Assembly (NCBI GenBank): GCA_038087875.1
Contig: JAXLNO010000467.1
Location: forward strand, 116,855 to 136,854
Source of the DNA: Malacoraja senta
Lineage: Eukaryota
Direction: 5' to 3'
DNA length: 20,000 bases
Shown: piece after piece, positions 19,898 to 20,000 of the stretch
How positions within the stretch are numbered: the first letter of the stretch is position 1
Layout: the number at the start of each line of letters is the position of its first letter
Translations under genes and position numbers: made by a program
The notes under the pieces: model-generated
The model's database searches: none
The model's input: only the letters and a program-made list of their open reading frames with translations
Told to the model about the DNA's origin: nothing

Positions 19898-20000
19898 TAA
19901 GTGATAGGAGAAGAATTAGGTCAATTTGCCCATCAAGTTTACTCTGCCATTCAATCATGGCTGATCTCTCCCTCCTAACCTCATTCTCCTGCCTTTTCCC
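19898..20000 (-). mobile_element. CR1/HER1-like LINE 3' tail (runs off the window)
   Basis: GCCATTCAATCATGGCTGATCT...TTCTCCTGCCTTTTCCC resembles the other LINE tails. Confidence 0.7.

Overview
Repeat-dense, eukaryotic, vertebrate-type DNA with no intact host gene. The dominant CR1-clade LINE fragments and SINE tails resemble the HER1 LINE / HE1 SINE pair of cartilaginous fish, so the source is probably a skate, ray or shark (inference from recalled consensus, not a search). Roughly half of the window is nested, truncated LINE debris in both orientations. Among the debris are: (1) the 5' part of a P-element-like transposon (terminus CAAAGATTATATAGCAGAGC at 2431) with a spliced two-exon THAP domain, now pseudogenised; (2) inside its first intron, two or three tiny relics made only of P-like termini and bracketed by 8-bp target duplications, which look like P-element excision footprints; (3) a second, unrelated THAP relic on the minus strand in a fold-back element, probably ISL2EU/PIF-Harbinger; (4) a 6.27-kb TIR element (CAGGGCTGCCAAC) with a 7-bp TSD that contains later LINE insertions; (5) a solo LTR whose empty site survives in a local duplicate; (6) a 30-bp minisatellite and long TC/GA tracts.
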